Positions 1 to 13,940 of a DNA stretch of 64,000 bases are shown here, in pieces. The notes below the pieces were generated by a model, which saw only the letters and a program-made list of their open reading frames with translations, searched no databases and was not told where the DNA came from. Origin of the DNA: Octopus vulgaris (lineage: Eukaryota); contig OX597817.1 of the NCBI GenBank assembly GCA_951406725.2, positions 10,478,001 through 10,542,000 on the forward strand, written 5' to 3'. Every line of letters begins with the position of its first letter. Position 1 is the stretch's first letter. The position numbers were made by a program, and so were the translations under genes.

Positions 1-77
1 GCCAAACTCAACTCAACAATGTGTGTGTGTGTGTATGTGTGCGTGTGTGTGTGTGTATGCTTGTTGTCATATATATA

Positions 78-420
78 AAATACAGTGTACATTTAAACAC
101 ATAAGGAATCCATATTGGGATTCAACACGCTAGAAAGAACAGCTAGGTTCTATAACCACAAAATTAGGGATAAAATTCGACAGGAATGAAATGAAATAAT
201 AAAAACATTTTACCATCTAGTTTCCTGAACCAATTGGTTTCTGATTTTAGTTTAGTAGCTAAATAACATTTATCCGCTAGGTGAAATCGTCCTCAACAGG
301 TACACCTTGGGTTAAATATATAAACACAAGGCAATCAAACTATGTGCCTCTTGTTTATACGTCCTAATTTTTTCAAAATCTAATGTGCAGACACAGCCCT
401 TCGCCGGCAATAAAAAGAAA
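78..420 (-). mobile_element. PLE pseudo-LTR-like fragment with degenerate hammerhead
   Basis: Minus strand 300-224 reads cctg-TTGAGGA-cgattt..aaatca-GAAA-ccaattgg-TT-cagg. Its 100-241 region aligns by eye with 27797-27934. Bounded by TA-rich repeats. Confidence 0.6.
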
Positions 421-485
421 GTATACACACACACACATATATATAACGTACATACATATATATATGTGTACATATATATATAATG

Positions 486-551
<66 letters not shown>

Positions 552-554
552 CAT

Positions 555-662
555 CATCATCATCATCATCGTTTAGCATCCGTTTTCCATGCTAGCATGG
601 GTTGGACAGTTCTACTGGGGTCTGTGAAGCCAGAAGGCTTCATCAGGCCCAGTCAAATATGG

Positions 663-664
<2 letters not shown>
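555..664 (-). mobile_element. SINE family A 3' part with (GAT)n tail
   Basis: Matches the reverse complement of copies at 7004, 15918, 19620 and 26880 (aacccatgctagcatggaaa..cgatgatg). Confidence 0.8.
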
Positions 665-707
<43 letters not shown>

Positions 708-712
708 GTATG

Positions 713-749
<37 letters not shown>

Positions 750-2468
750 ATATATATATATGTATGTATGTATACACACATACAGAAAAAGGTACAAGAC
801 AAGAGAAGAAGATGAATTATTTATTTATAACATCTTTACACGTGTTTCAGTGAGACATACACTATGATTACACGAGATAAAAATTACATCTGTGGAAAAG
901 TTACGTAAGATTAATCTTATGTAATCGTTGGGTAAATACAAACCGAAATATAATAGAACATGTTATAAATAAATGTTTTAACACTATTTTCTTCTAACTT
1001 GTACTTCTTCTCCACATTCAATGACCATTATAGCCGACAAACTTATAATACAAATTATCTGTGTAGCAACATGACTTCTCATTGCCAGGCATCCTCTTTT
1101 TTGAGTGCAATGGAATTTATGGAGTTCTAACTCAAGGGTAATATGTCATGCAATTAAAAGGGGGCTCTATAAATATAACGTATGTATGTGAGCATGTGTG
1201 TATATATATATCTGTACACATTTATATGTGTGTGTGTGTTTGTGTGTGTGAGCCATATATTTATACGCTTGTGTAGTTAAGAGCTTTGCTTTGCAACTAT
1301 GCAGCCATGAAATTTTGGTTTTGATTCCATTTAGATAAGTGTCTTCAGTTATAGCTCCGGACTGACCAAAGATTTCTGATTGGTTCTGGTAGGTGGAAAA
1401 TTTTAAAAAGGACCATGTTGTGTTCGCATGTGTATTTAATTTAAATTTAATTTAATTTAATTTTTGGGGGGCTCAAAAAGCAAAAGCAAGGCCATGTAGG
1501 GGGACATGGAGTTATGTGTACGTATGTAAATGTATGAGCATGCATATCTATGTATCTGTGTGTTGGTTTACATCTGCCAATCAGTCAAAAGTCATGACAT
1601 ACTCGTAGTGTTTTGTTGGTTGAATATTAAACAAATATATGTATATAAGAATGCTTCCTGCACATGCCCTAAAAAGGGTTAGCTTTGTTGGCTTTGAAAT
1701 ACTTGACTGCCAGATTTTATGAAGTTTGTGTCCAGCACTACAGGCTACTTACTTGCATGTTTGGAAGTCCATTTTGCTCTCAATAATATAGAAGCCAAGG
1801 GACATGAAGTCACTGATACCCTTGCACTGTGTGTCATAGTTGGAACAAAATTTGTAGGTGGCATTCATATACATTAAAGATCTTATATTCAGTCTTCATT
1901 GTTTTGAGGAACAAAAGCAGCAGCATTCTCGTAGGATGCTAATAAGTTTAGCACATCAAACAGTTGAGGTATGTTAGAGGCAAGATCATCAGTATAGTCA
2001 ATGGTAGGGAGACAATGCTTTTCTGTGCACTGATATTATGCTGCTGGTCAACAGGCCATATCAGTTATTCAATTTTAGGAAAGTCCACATCTGAATAGAG
2101 GATGTAGACTGTTCAACACCAATGATTTTATTAGCAAAGAAACACATGAAATTGACGATTTACTAAAGATAATGGAGACAGATATTCCCAACATTTCTAC
2201 TGCAGCCACTTGAGAAACACGCTTGCATGCATGTGCACATACACACAGACATACATACATACATATATACATACATGCATATATATATATATCAGCATGC
2301 ACAGTGCACCAATTACCTGTTGGTGGCAACAGCAAAAACTACTCAATGCAGTAAGAGAGAAATATCATTTAATGCATTTAATGAATAGAGGAGTTATACA
2401 TGACCCACTTCAAGTTTCATGCTAGATAGTGCAGAAATTGGATGGGCTTCTCTAGTATATCATATATA

Positions 2469-2508
<40 letters not shown>

Positions 2509-2993
2509 AAACAGGAGATTGGAGACGTTTTGGGTGTTATTCATTCATCATTAGACATTTGCTAATAGGAATTACAAAACTGTACATGTAGGATAAACAT
2601 GTAAGAAATTTCTTATTGGAAATTTTTCAGTCAGAGAATCAAATAATATTATTTGATCCTCTGTCGGAAGAATTTCTAACATATTTATTCTAGATGTAAA
2701 ATTTTGTAACTCCTATTAGCAAATGAAACATATGTAATGGTGAATATATAAAGCTAAAATCTTTTCCAATTTCCTATGTTGATTGAAAATTGCTCTGCAA
2801 ACAATATTCCCAAAATGTTCAACTCTTATGCATGCCTCACATAAATATAACAACCACATACAGAATTGGAATTCTGGAATAAGCAGATGTGCTTCAAAAT
2901 GATACAGCTTGGATTGTAACCCTATCCACATTATTTATATATGTATGTATATATACATACATGCATACATACATACATACATACATACATACA

Positions 2994-3024
<31 letters not shown>

Positions 3025-3337
3025 TTGTATATCTGCATTCTATAATCACTGATAAAATAACAAACACCTCTCCCAGATATACACAACAGCATACCAAAGC
3101 CTGAAGACTATACTCTGTCAAACTTTCATAAAAAGAAATATTTCCTTAAATAAATGTCAGGCATACAAAAAAAAAATGCTTAAAGAAACTGTCCTACTTG
3201 TGTGCACACATACATACACATGTAAAAAGCCCCATCACCAACTGACCGGTAAATCTTAAACAAATTAATAGCGTGTGTGGGAGGGGAGAGGTAGAGAGAA
3301 AGAGACATATATACATACATATACATATACATATAAC

Positions 3338-3475
3338 CATTACTTAGCGGTTCGGCAAAAGATACCGATAGAATAAGTACTGGGCTTACAAAAGAATAAG
3401 TTCCGGGGTCGAGTTGCTCGATTAAAGGCGGTGCTCCAGCATGGCCGCAGTCAAATGACTGAAACAAGTAAAAAC
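3338..3475 (+). mobile_element. SINE family B 3' part
   Basis: Near-identical to 36722-36855 and 49938-50068. Confidence 0.85.
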
Positions 3476-3749
3476 AAAAAGAAAAAAAGATATATATATA
3501 CACAAATGCATACATACATACAACCATATATATATATATATATATATGCATGCATATATACAAGTAGGTAAACAAAGGTAAGAAAATAGGAAACTTGAAG
3601 TAGCACTCAGCATAGTTTGAAGTTTTAAATATTTAATAACAGGTTGACTTAGCTCCACATTACTCAAAAGATCATGAGCACAGATCATATCCACATCATG
3701 AGATTTTGGGAATTAGAGTGAATAGAATTTAAATAAAATTTTTAAATGC

Positions 3750-4340
3750 TTTCAAGGTGAGAATACTGTGGCCTCTATTGCTCAGAACAGATCATATTGT
3801 TATTTCAACTAGCCATTGACAAAAGGTTTTACAATACATGCACCATGTGGTAGAACAGATAGCTAGTCAGTGTTTGGTAGGGTTAGGCATTCCTACATGT
3901 GGAAGAAACCGTTTGGCAGTTATATGTTGCATATCAGTTTGCATGGATGTGTAGTTTAAACATAGCTAAATGACAGGAGTCCACACATATATAGTACACT
4001 GGGTGAACAATAAGCGTACTACAAGCTGCAGGGAATTAAGTACAGTGCAGTTTTCTGTGGGCCAGTCACACTTTAGGTGTTATATCTGAGTTACCAGTAG
4101 CAGGCTTGAATTTCTATAATAGGGTATATTTCTAGGGACAACAATATGATGTGATGGTTTTACCATTGTTGATACTACATACTGCAAGAATACAGAGGTA
4201 GAGCTGGAAGTTATGAACGTCAGTTGAATAAGGAGAAACCTTGTAAAAACTGCTCCATTTGATACTTGGGAAGTTATTTCTTTGGTCTCTGATTCTCCAG
4301 ATGGGGCGGCAAAAGAGGTGGGCATTGCGTCATCTCTGTA
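3750..4340 (-). pseudogene. Possible decayed I-group LINE ORF1 (gag-like) fragment
   Basis: FTRFLLI..RNSSLLLV resembles ORF1 N-termini, with a remnant YNCQ..TCR knuckle-like segment downstream. Heavily frameshifted. Confidence 0.3.
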
Positions 4341-5445
4341 CCTGAAGTAGTGTGAGAGTCCCTTTCAAGCTTCTATTTAACTCATTGGAAGTTATTCCTG
4401 TCCATTTTTCATGTTAGCCTGGATTGGATGGCTCAATAGGATCTAATCAGTTTGAGGACTGCATCTTGCTCCAATATGCGTTTTGGCATGGTTTCTATGG
4501 CTGGTAAAGACTGCAAGTGTGTATGAGGAAACTGAGGGAATGTTAGAGGTGGGGGAATGGATGAGGGGAAAATACAATGAAGAATAAGATTTAAGGAGCG
4601 ATTGGTGATAAATACATAGAGGGAAAGTAATGGAAAATAGCTGATGACAGGTTGGGTAGAAATGAGGTGGGGAAGTAGTGAATGGTGAACAAGAGAAAAA
4701 GGATGATGACTGATATATGAGAGGATATATTTGTTTATAAATATATATGTATCATTATTGAACTCCCTCTTTTCTTTGCTTGCATGTGTCAGATGAAATG
4801 TTTTGTGACAGATTTTTCTATGGCTGGATACCTCACCTGTTTCCAAGCAACATAATATTTCCCCATGGCCAAGCATATTTTCTGAGCAGATTGGAAATGA
4901 AGGGCACCACTTTTTCTGACAGACTAGTGGCACTAGCTTACAACCATCACATGATGTCAAGACAAGAGATGAGACACACAGAAACACACATGCAAAACAG
5001 TTTCGTTTCAGTTTCCGTCAACCAATTCTACAACCAAAGCTTATTTTGGTCGGCCAAAGAAGACATTTACCCAAGATGCCATACAGTGGTACTGAAAGTG
5101 AAACTTCTTAACCACTTAAGCATGTCTGTTCCTATACACAGCCATGCCCCTTATGCATTTACACACGCACACACACATATATATATATAAATATATTCAT
5201 ACAATATAGACATATATACATAAATATATAGACATATATACATATATACACACATATATACATATGTATAAAGGTATACAGCTGTAGAAACCTAGCCAAA
5301 AGAAAAGTATGATTGCCAGTCATTGGGCGCCATAAATCCCAATTAGAAATGAATTAAATTGTGACAACCTGTCCAACCCATGCTAGTTGAAGCAGTCATA
5401 GAATGATGATGTTGATGAGCTATACATACATACATACATACATAC

Positions 5446-5487
<42 letters not shown>

Positions 5488-6697
5488 ACATATATATAAA
5501 TATATACATACAATATAGACATATATAGATAGATAGATATAGACATATATTGTAAACCTACTCACATATAAATATATTTATACAAACTAAATGGACTGCA
5601 TGTGTCTGCATGATTTCTTGGCTTATAGACAAAAGAGGTAAAAAAAAAAAAATTGATGTACAGACAATGTATATACACACTTGCATATATTTTCTTGTAC
5701 TCATAAATTCAAATTTTTCTGTTTCTGCATGGTTTCATGGTTTGTGGCCTCATCCCTCTTCTCCTTTGAGCCACCAGACTCCAGTATAATAAATTCAGCC
5801 CAACTTTAGTTCCTACAGCCAGTAAAATGTAGACAAAGAAGTAATACAATGGAAACAGAAGTATAGAGAACAAACCAACTGAATATTGTTGGGAGAATAA
5901 TATTTTACCTATCCAGGAATTGAATGGCAAGCATTGAGAATAACCGGTGGTGTTTGGAACCCCTTTAAATTTTTACATTTGCTTTCACCGTTTAAGCACT
6001 CTTTATGTTGGTTTTGGATAAAATGTCTTTGTGTAGCAATTTTTTTTTTTTTTTTTATTGATCAAATCCTTTCCCTCCAGATGAAATCCGTGGAACATGA
6101 AGTGATTGCCAGTTTTCTCATATTGAGGCCATTCTCCAAAGAGAAAAAAAGTTCGTTTGCATCATGAACCAACTCAATTTTTACTTTCAAGCTGTTCAGA
6201 ATTTTGCAAATGGTTTCAATTTCAATTTCTTTTTCACTGAAACATTAGAAAAAAGCTGTACATACTGTTATGGAAACAGAAAGGTGACAAAACAAGATCA
6301 GAAGCGAGGAAAAATTATAATCAGAAAAATAAATCAAAAGACAGAATAGTTATACACCTGTGGATTTCAGCACAAAGATGAGAAAAAAAATCCAGTGAAG
6401 TTTTGATTTGATATGATCAAGTTAAGTTTGAGACTGGACTAATCACTAAAAAATCAACACTAATTATTGATAAGGCTCCAAAAAATCGGGTGAAGTTTTG
6501 ACTTGACAAATTTTCACATGATAAATTATATTTATGCAAATAAAGAATTATTGACATTATCTCATGTCTTCTTTTTTATAGGTTCTTCAATTTTACTGTC
6601 TTACTTTAGCCCTACGTAGGACGTAGATGCAAGACTGTCTGGAGCACAGTTTTTCGGCTAGTACATATGTAGTTCTATAAAGTCATGATTATAAAGT

Positions 6698-6978
6698 TAT
6701 GTATGTATGTATGTATGTGTGTATGTGTGTATGTATGTATGTATGTATGTATGTATGTATGTATGTATGTATGTATGTATGTATATGTGCATGTATGTGT
6801 ATGTATGTATGTATGTATGTATGTATGTATGTATGTATGTATGTATGTATGTATGTATGTATGTAGGTATGTAGGTATGTATGTATGTATGTATGTATGT
6901 ATGTATGTATGTGTGTGTGTATGTATGTATGTGTGTATGTATGTATGTATGTATGTATGTACATATGTATGTATGTAT
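6698..6978. repeat. (ATGT)n microsatellite
   Basis: Directly visible. Confidence 0.95.
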
Positions 6979-7003
6979 AGCTCATCAACATCATCATTCT
7001 ATG

Positions 7004-7173
7004 GCACATAAAAGCACCCACTACACTCTCAGAGTGGTTGGTGTTAGGAAGGGCATCCAGCTGTAGAAACTTTGCCAGATCAGATTGAGCCTGGTGCAGC
7101 CCCTGGCTCACCAGTCCAACCCATGCCAGCATGGAAAGCGAACGTTAAATGACGACGACGACGATGATGATGA
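7004..7173 (+). mobile_element. SINE family A
   Basis: aaagcacccactacactc..ttaggaagggcatccagctgtagaaa..(GAC/GAT)n tail. Confidence 0.85.
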
Positions 7174-7325
7174 TATATATATATATACACACACGGGTGT
7201 GTATGATTGTGTATAGAAGAATATATTACTCAAAGAAATTCCAAATTTGATTTTCGCATTTTATTTACTATCTTATAATAATATAATATAATATGATATA
7301 AAATAATATAATATAATATAATATA

Positions 7326-7382
<57 letters not shown>

Positions 7383-7384
<2 letters not shown>

Positions 7385-7412
7385 CCATTTGGCTAAGATC
7401 AAAGTGTAGTAT
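7383..7412 (+). pseudogene. U2: U2 snRNA 5' fragment
   Basis: ggccatttggctaagatcaaagtgtagtat versus U2 GGCCTTTTGGCTAAGATCAAAGTGTAGTAT (29/30), including the branch-point recognition sequence GTAGTA. Confidence 0.85.
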
Positions 7413-7778
7413 ATATATAGTGGTGTGTTTTTGTCATTCACTAAGAATTCAATTGTTTGATCTGCTCTGAATTACCTGCTCCTAAATTTGCATATAAATG
7501 GCTGAATATTTCACAGACACATGTATCACTGGTACAAATATCAGGTACAATCAGCATGACATAGTTTTTTGTGGCAAGGCTTTATTCATTTAGTGGCAGG
7601 CACAATCCAGCCAATGTGATTTTATGCAGTTTCGATCATCCCAGTTTCACCCACATGAAAATTGTATTTTCCATAAATATCACCCTGTCATATCAAACCA
7701 GGGAGATTCTTGGCCATTCAGCCATACAGTGCTTTCACATATACACGCCATATATGTGTGTGTATTTATTTATATATT

Positions 7779-7813
<35 letters not shown>

Positions 7814-7836
7814 CATTATTATTATTATTATTATTA

Positions 7837-8050
7837 AGGTGGTGAGCTGGTAGGATTTTTAGCACACCAGGCAAATTGCTTAGCAGCTTTTCACCCATCA
7901 CTATGCTCTGAGTTCAAATTCCGTTGAGGTTGACATTGCCTTTCATTCTTTCAGGGTCAATAAATTAAGTACCAGTTGCATACTGGGGTCAAACTATTCG
8001 ACTGAACCTTCCCCAAAATTTCAGGCCTTGTGCATATGATAGAAAGGATT
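7837..8050 (+). mobile_element. SINE family C variant with agaaagg(ATT/ATC)n tail
   Basis: Head ggtggtgagctggtagga and B-box-like gagttcaaattcc. Similar to 10421 and 30418. Confidence 0.8.
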
Positions 8051-8112
<62 letters not shown>

Positions 8113-8265
8113 CTTTTTTTCCCTCTTCTTTCAAATTTGTTTCCATACTTGCCGAGTGTCTTCCCGACTCCTAGGGCAAAGAAACTCATAGTATACATTG
8201 GTAGGCCATTAAACTAAACTCACTAGTTCGTTCATTTTTTTTTAAAGTTAAATTAAAATACTTGG

Positions 8266-8266
<1 letters not shown>
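8113..8266 (-). mobile_element. Probable R4/Dong 3' UTR in (TAA)n
   Basis: Unique insert between (ATT)n tracts. Minus-strand ccctaggagtcgggaagacactcgg resembles R4/Dong 3' UTR motifs, and it lies next to a definite Dong end. Confidence 0.5.
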
Positions 8267-8320
<54 letters not shown>

Positions 8321-8385
8321 CATTATTATCATCATTATTATTATCATCATCATCATCATTATTATTATTAATATTATTACTATTA

Positions 8386-8477
<92 letters not shown>

Positions 8478-8490
8478 ATTATTACTATTA

Positions 8491-8521
<31 letters not shown>

Positions 8522-8527
8522 TATTCA

Positions 8528-8688
8528 TAGTTTTATTTTTATTTTTTATAGCGTGCTTTCAAGATGCTCTGTTTTGGGTATGTGCTGTGATTTGTTGTGA
8601 TGCTCTGATGGTTATTGTATGGAAAGTGTTCTTCGTAGGATGTGTGCAGTGCCTAGTAGTGCAATTTTCTGTATGTTATATGTGTTTG
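8528..8688 (-). mobile_element. R4/Dong non-LTR 3' end
   Basis: Minus strand encodes NTYNIQKIALLGTAHILRRTLSIQ*, a typical R4 C-terminus, plus 3' UTR, flanked by (TAA)n. Confidence 0.85.
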
Positions 8689-8926
8689 TATTATTATTAT
8701 TATTATCATTATTATTATTATTGAAGATGGTTTGACTCAGCTGCAAGCAACTTAAGTGAGCTATGTTTCTGTATGGAGCCTATGTGACTTTATATCATGG
8801 CACTGAATCAAACTGTTTTAGATAACAACATATTATAACTCCTACGAAATGTGTTGAATGCCTCGTTCTTTCATTTGTCCACTCACCCATATATTTATAC
8901 ATACATATGCACACACACACACACAC

Positions 8927-9249
<323 letters not shown>

Positions 9250-9250
<1 letters not shown>

Positions 9251-9580
9251 TTTTATCTATTTCAGTCATTAGACTACAACAATACTGGAGCACTTGCCTT
9301 GCAGAATTTTTTTTTTTTTTAGTCAAATGAATCAACCCCAGAGGACATAAACAAACCAATGCCACAAACACACACACATACGCACACACAGACATACACA
9401 CACACACACACACAAGTAGGGCTTTTCTTTTTCAGTTTTCATCTACCAAAATCTACTCACAAGGCTTTGGTCAGCCTGGGATTATAGAAGACGCTTGCCC
9501 AAGGTGCCACACAGTGGGACTGAACCCAGGCCATATGGTTGGAAAGCAAGCTTCTTACCACACACCCATGCTTGCACCTA
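9250..9580 (-). mobile_element. Diverged SINE family B
   Basis: Reverse complement similar to 36468-36860. Confidence 0.75.
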
Positions 9581-10420
9581 TATGATATTTGTCTTCAATA
9601 GCTGACACTGAACTTATGCCCATTTGTTACCTTTGTTTCATATTGATTTACCGTTTCTCCAGAGTTTCATCATTAATATGATGTGACATAGTATTCTAGT
9701 GACACATGACAATATTTTAATCAAATATTATGATTCATAAAATATAACGGTTTGTGGGGAAATATGTCCCTCAAATATGATTTCTTTGTGACTGTATTAC
9801 TACAGGCTGTCAAACTATTTATGAGTAAATGAAATATTTGTCTATTTTGTGGAAGACAGTGAGTCTATATACATATATAACAACAAATATGCATAAGTAT
9901 ATCTACATACAGTTTGTATGTGTGCAAGAATTCTAAAAATAAATCTTCAAACTGCCTTGTATAAAAATTTAAATTTATACCAAAATTTTTTCTTTTTATT
10001 ATTTTGATGTTTTTTTTTTGATCCCAACATGAAGGGCAATCCACAATCACCTCTTTGGCTATTGTGGAAAGTTGTGAAATTTTGATGGTATCTGATGAGA
10101 ATTCATGAATGAATGAATAAAATATATAGACAGAAAGACAGGAATATTGGGTCAAAGGCTACACTGTTGTGTTGTAGTTCTTTGTAAGGTAGCATGTAGC
10201 ATGTTGTTTTCATTTACAACATAAGGAGAAATGGCCAAATGCAGACAGATTTGACAGATGTAACATATTTGTATCAAATGAAATGAATTTGAAGGAGATG
10301 TGAAACGGTGTGTAGTTTTTTAATAGGAAAAGTATGAAACCCAGAAAATGCTAAGAAGCAAAGTCCATTCTAAGAATCTTTTAATGAAGGCCCCCATCTG
10401 TTGGTACTACATGTGCAAGA

Positions 10421-10652
10421 AGGCGGCGATCTGGCAGAATCGTTAGCACGCCAGGTGAAATGCGTAGCCGTATTACGTCTGCCGCTACGTTCTGAGTTCA
10501 AATTCTGCCGAGGTCGACTTTGCCTTTCATCCTTTCGGGGTCGATAAATTAAGTACCATTTACGCACTGGGGTCGATCTAATCGACTTAGTCCATTTGTC
10601 TGTCCTTGTTTGTCTCCTCTGTGTTTAGCCCCTTGTGGGTAGTAAAGAAATA
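10421..10652 (+). mobile_element. Full-length tRNA-like SINE family C with 16-bp TSD
   Basis: A-box-like tggcagaatcg and B-box gagttcaaattc. TSD ggtac(t/g)acatgtgcaa at 10403-10418 and 10653-10668. Confidence 0.9.
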
Positions 10653-10735
10653 GGTACGACATGTGCAAATGTATGTGTGTGTGTATGTGTACAGCTATAT
10701 CAATCACCACGCATAAATATACGTATAAATTTGTG

Positions 10736-10768
<33 letters not shown>

Positions 10769-10919
10769 AGTGACCATCATCAACCCCAGTGACACCCTCA
10801 ATATGGGCAAAGAAATGACTTCCTGTCAGGTTTCAAATTATTGTGAAAATTCTTAGCTGGGTACTTCTGGATTGTAAGGGCTATGAGAGAGAGATAGAGA
10901 GAGAGTAGAGAGGTGAATC

Positions 10920-11500
10920 TATTTGAACATGACTTCTCTCCTCATTGGCAATCCACTAAATCCACAGCTTGATCACCATGCCCAGCATCTTGAAGTAGAT
11001 TTTCGGCATTGGTCCTAAGTCCCCGCAGAAAGAAGTGAAGCATCACAACATAGCACTTACTACTCATAACCATCGGGACAATGGGAGTTTGCTTGTGCAT
11101 CATCATGAATACATCTTCTTTGGCATTAGCAGAGAGCCATGTGTCACTCCTCCTGTTGGCCTTCCGGCCGGCCCTGGGTGGAGATCTTCAAACTGCAGAA
11201 GCATCTGAGCAAGGTGGCTTTCTCAGAATGCTTAAAGTTGTTCCTTAAATGCTTTGACCCAATCATAGGATTCTCTTGTGCCTTGCTAGATTTGAACCCT
11301 GCTCTCTTTCTCTTGTAGGATATTCTCATGCACCACATGTCTTCTATTATAATGGATTCCACCATCAGAATTTGCTTGGTGACAGGATGCCTAGATCTGC
11401 TGATACTGTCATTGACCATATCCTTGACATGATGGGTGAATTTGATCATCCTGATTCTATCTACCATCTTGGAGTGGCTTTCCTTTAGTTACAGATAACA
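10920..11500 (-). pseudogene. Decayed Tc1/mariner (maT/DD37D-like) transposase
   Basis: Fragments ISYKRKRAGF..HLRNNFKH, ANRRSDTWLSAN and MLHFFLRGLRTNAE..YFKML..VIKLWI match NRQNDRW / PPHFF.GLR.N / VVKPWI motifs. Contains frameshifts. Confidence 0.75.
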
Positions 11501-12076
11501 GTTACCCACCATATGTTTCCAGCTTTTTTCAAATGCTAAAAGGAAAAAGAAACAGTTACAGACAGGAGGTAAACAATCTCTGAGTCACTGTTCTTGGTGT
11601 CTACAGCCATAAGTATATTGAACCTTTCCATTTCCTGTGTCAGACAGGAATCTGCCATATTCCTTCTGTATATAAAATTGAAACAGAAATGAGGAAATTA
11701 AAATTTCAGCTCAGCTGCATACCTTAGGGTGTCTTCCATTTATAGCTCCCTATTGTGTTTGCAAGTATCTGGTGTACTCTATACACACATTCACACACAA
11801 CTATATAAACATATATACACGCTTGTGCATATATAATACATTATTTTTTTTAGATGCTCGTATACTGCAACATTTACATACAAATGCACAAATTAAGATA
11901 TACAACTAACAAATTAAATGGACATATACATGCTAAGATTTATATACACATACATACACACACACCTAAGCACACACACACACACACACATACACACACA
12001 AGAATACACATATTTATATGTAATATGCCTGAACATATTTATACATCTGAGCATAAATCTAACCAAATACTCATCT

Positions 12077-12146
<70 letters not shown>

Positions 12147-12278
12147 TGCGTGTATGTATATGTGTATGTATGAGTGTATGTGTGTGTGTGTGTATATATA
12201 TGTACATATATATAGATATATACATCATTATCATCTTCATCGTTGTCGTTTTAATACCCGTTTTTCATGCTGCACTGA

Positions 12279-12462
<184 letters not shown>

Positions 12463-13121
12463 CTCATGATCTGAGAGTTTGGTATGTTGGCATTTATCAA
12501 ACTATGATCTGAGAGTATGTTGGCATTTATCAAACTATAATAAGTGCCAATACATAAAACTCACTGGCCTTGAGTCAGTCTGTTGCTTCTGCTAAATATC
12601 AATAAACATCTACATATACTCATATTTTTAGTTATATTTTCCTGTTTACATCAACATACCTATATATGTATATATATATATAACTTAGAATAACTTAGAA
12701 AGGTTTTGGCCAGTATTGGCCCAGGCTATGTCTAACTTAAGAGCACCACCTGGCTATATATATATATATGTATATATATATCTTATGTCTTGGAAGGGTC
12801 ATTATGCCATTATAGTAAATACACAGACATGTTCAATATCACTTCTTTATTGTTAGTCATTTGGTTAAAAACCTAACCAACAAACTAACTGATACTTTGT
12901 TTAATGTGATGATTAAACAATCAAACAGCTGTTTGTTTGTCAAAGTCCTTTCATTACTATTTGCAACCTCATCAATGCCTCTTGATACAACATTTGTTTC
13001 AAGATACAAATTCCCATCAAGAATCTTGAAAGCCAAATGCAAAACCAAAGTATATCTAAATACATGCATATATATATATATATACATATATAGATAGATA
13101 AATAGATCAATAGATACAAAC

Positions 13122-13159
<38 letters not shown>

Positions 13160-13767
13160 GTATCATCATCATCATCATCATCATCAATACCGTTATAGAT
13201 CCTTTGGTTATGTTGGCATGAGTTCAACAGCTCAACAGGATTCAGTGGGTTAGATGATCATAACTTCCTGCAATGTCTCAATTTGGACATGGTTTCTACT
13301 GCTGGATGCCCTTCATAACTTCAACCCTTGTGCTAAGAGCATTGCATGCATTTTATCATGGCACCAGCTCTAAAGAGGTTACTTTGCCACTCACAAGACA
13401 AAAGAACACATTCTTAGCCCTTATATTGTCATGGTTCAACATAAGCTACCAACCACTTACAGGATATCCAAGGTGTTTTTTTGTGTCACCAGCATTGATA
13501 GGGTCACATTGTAGCTTGTGCGGTGAAAGGACATCTCAATGATGGCCAGAACAGATTTATTGTTATGAGAGGATGGTAGTAGAGAAAATAAAAGTGGGAC
13601 CAATGCTGGGTGGGTATAATAGCTAAGTCAGAGGAGAGGAAAGGGGAATGGGAAGAGTGATGTCAAGCTTTACTGTGAAGGAGAGTGGGAACAAAGTAGT
13701 AATTGTTATGGTGTGGGTTGAGAAGGTGGACCCAGCAATGAGATGGGTCAGCCTATTTATACTTACG

Positions 13768-13809
<42 letters not shown>

Positions 13810-13940
13810 TGTGTGTGTGTGTGGCAGGTGGAGAAATTGTGTATTCAAACAGAAGTTCTTGCACTCCAAAGAATTCATTTTGTTAAAAACATTTTCATGC
13901 ATTGATTTGGTTCTTACTTTTTCATGTCAGTCAATCATTG

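Noticed and set aside
2050-2095. RPIS..ILGK LINE RT-like motif
   Set aside because: Needs a frameshift and is too short to support.
5700-6260. Coding-like minus-strand sequence (possible processed pseudogene)
   Set aside because: Frames are broken and no family was recognised.
6619-6661. Short AG-initiated stop-ended frames (DVDARLSGAQFFG*; also near 28932, 34350, 43772, 51478)
   Set aside because: Expected by chance, with no recognised homology.
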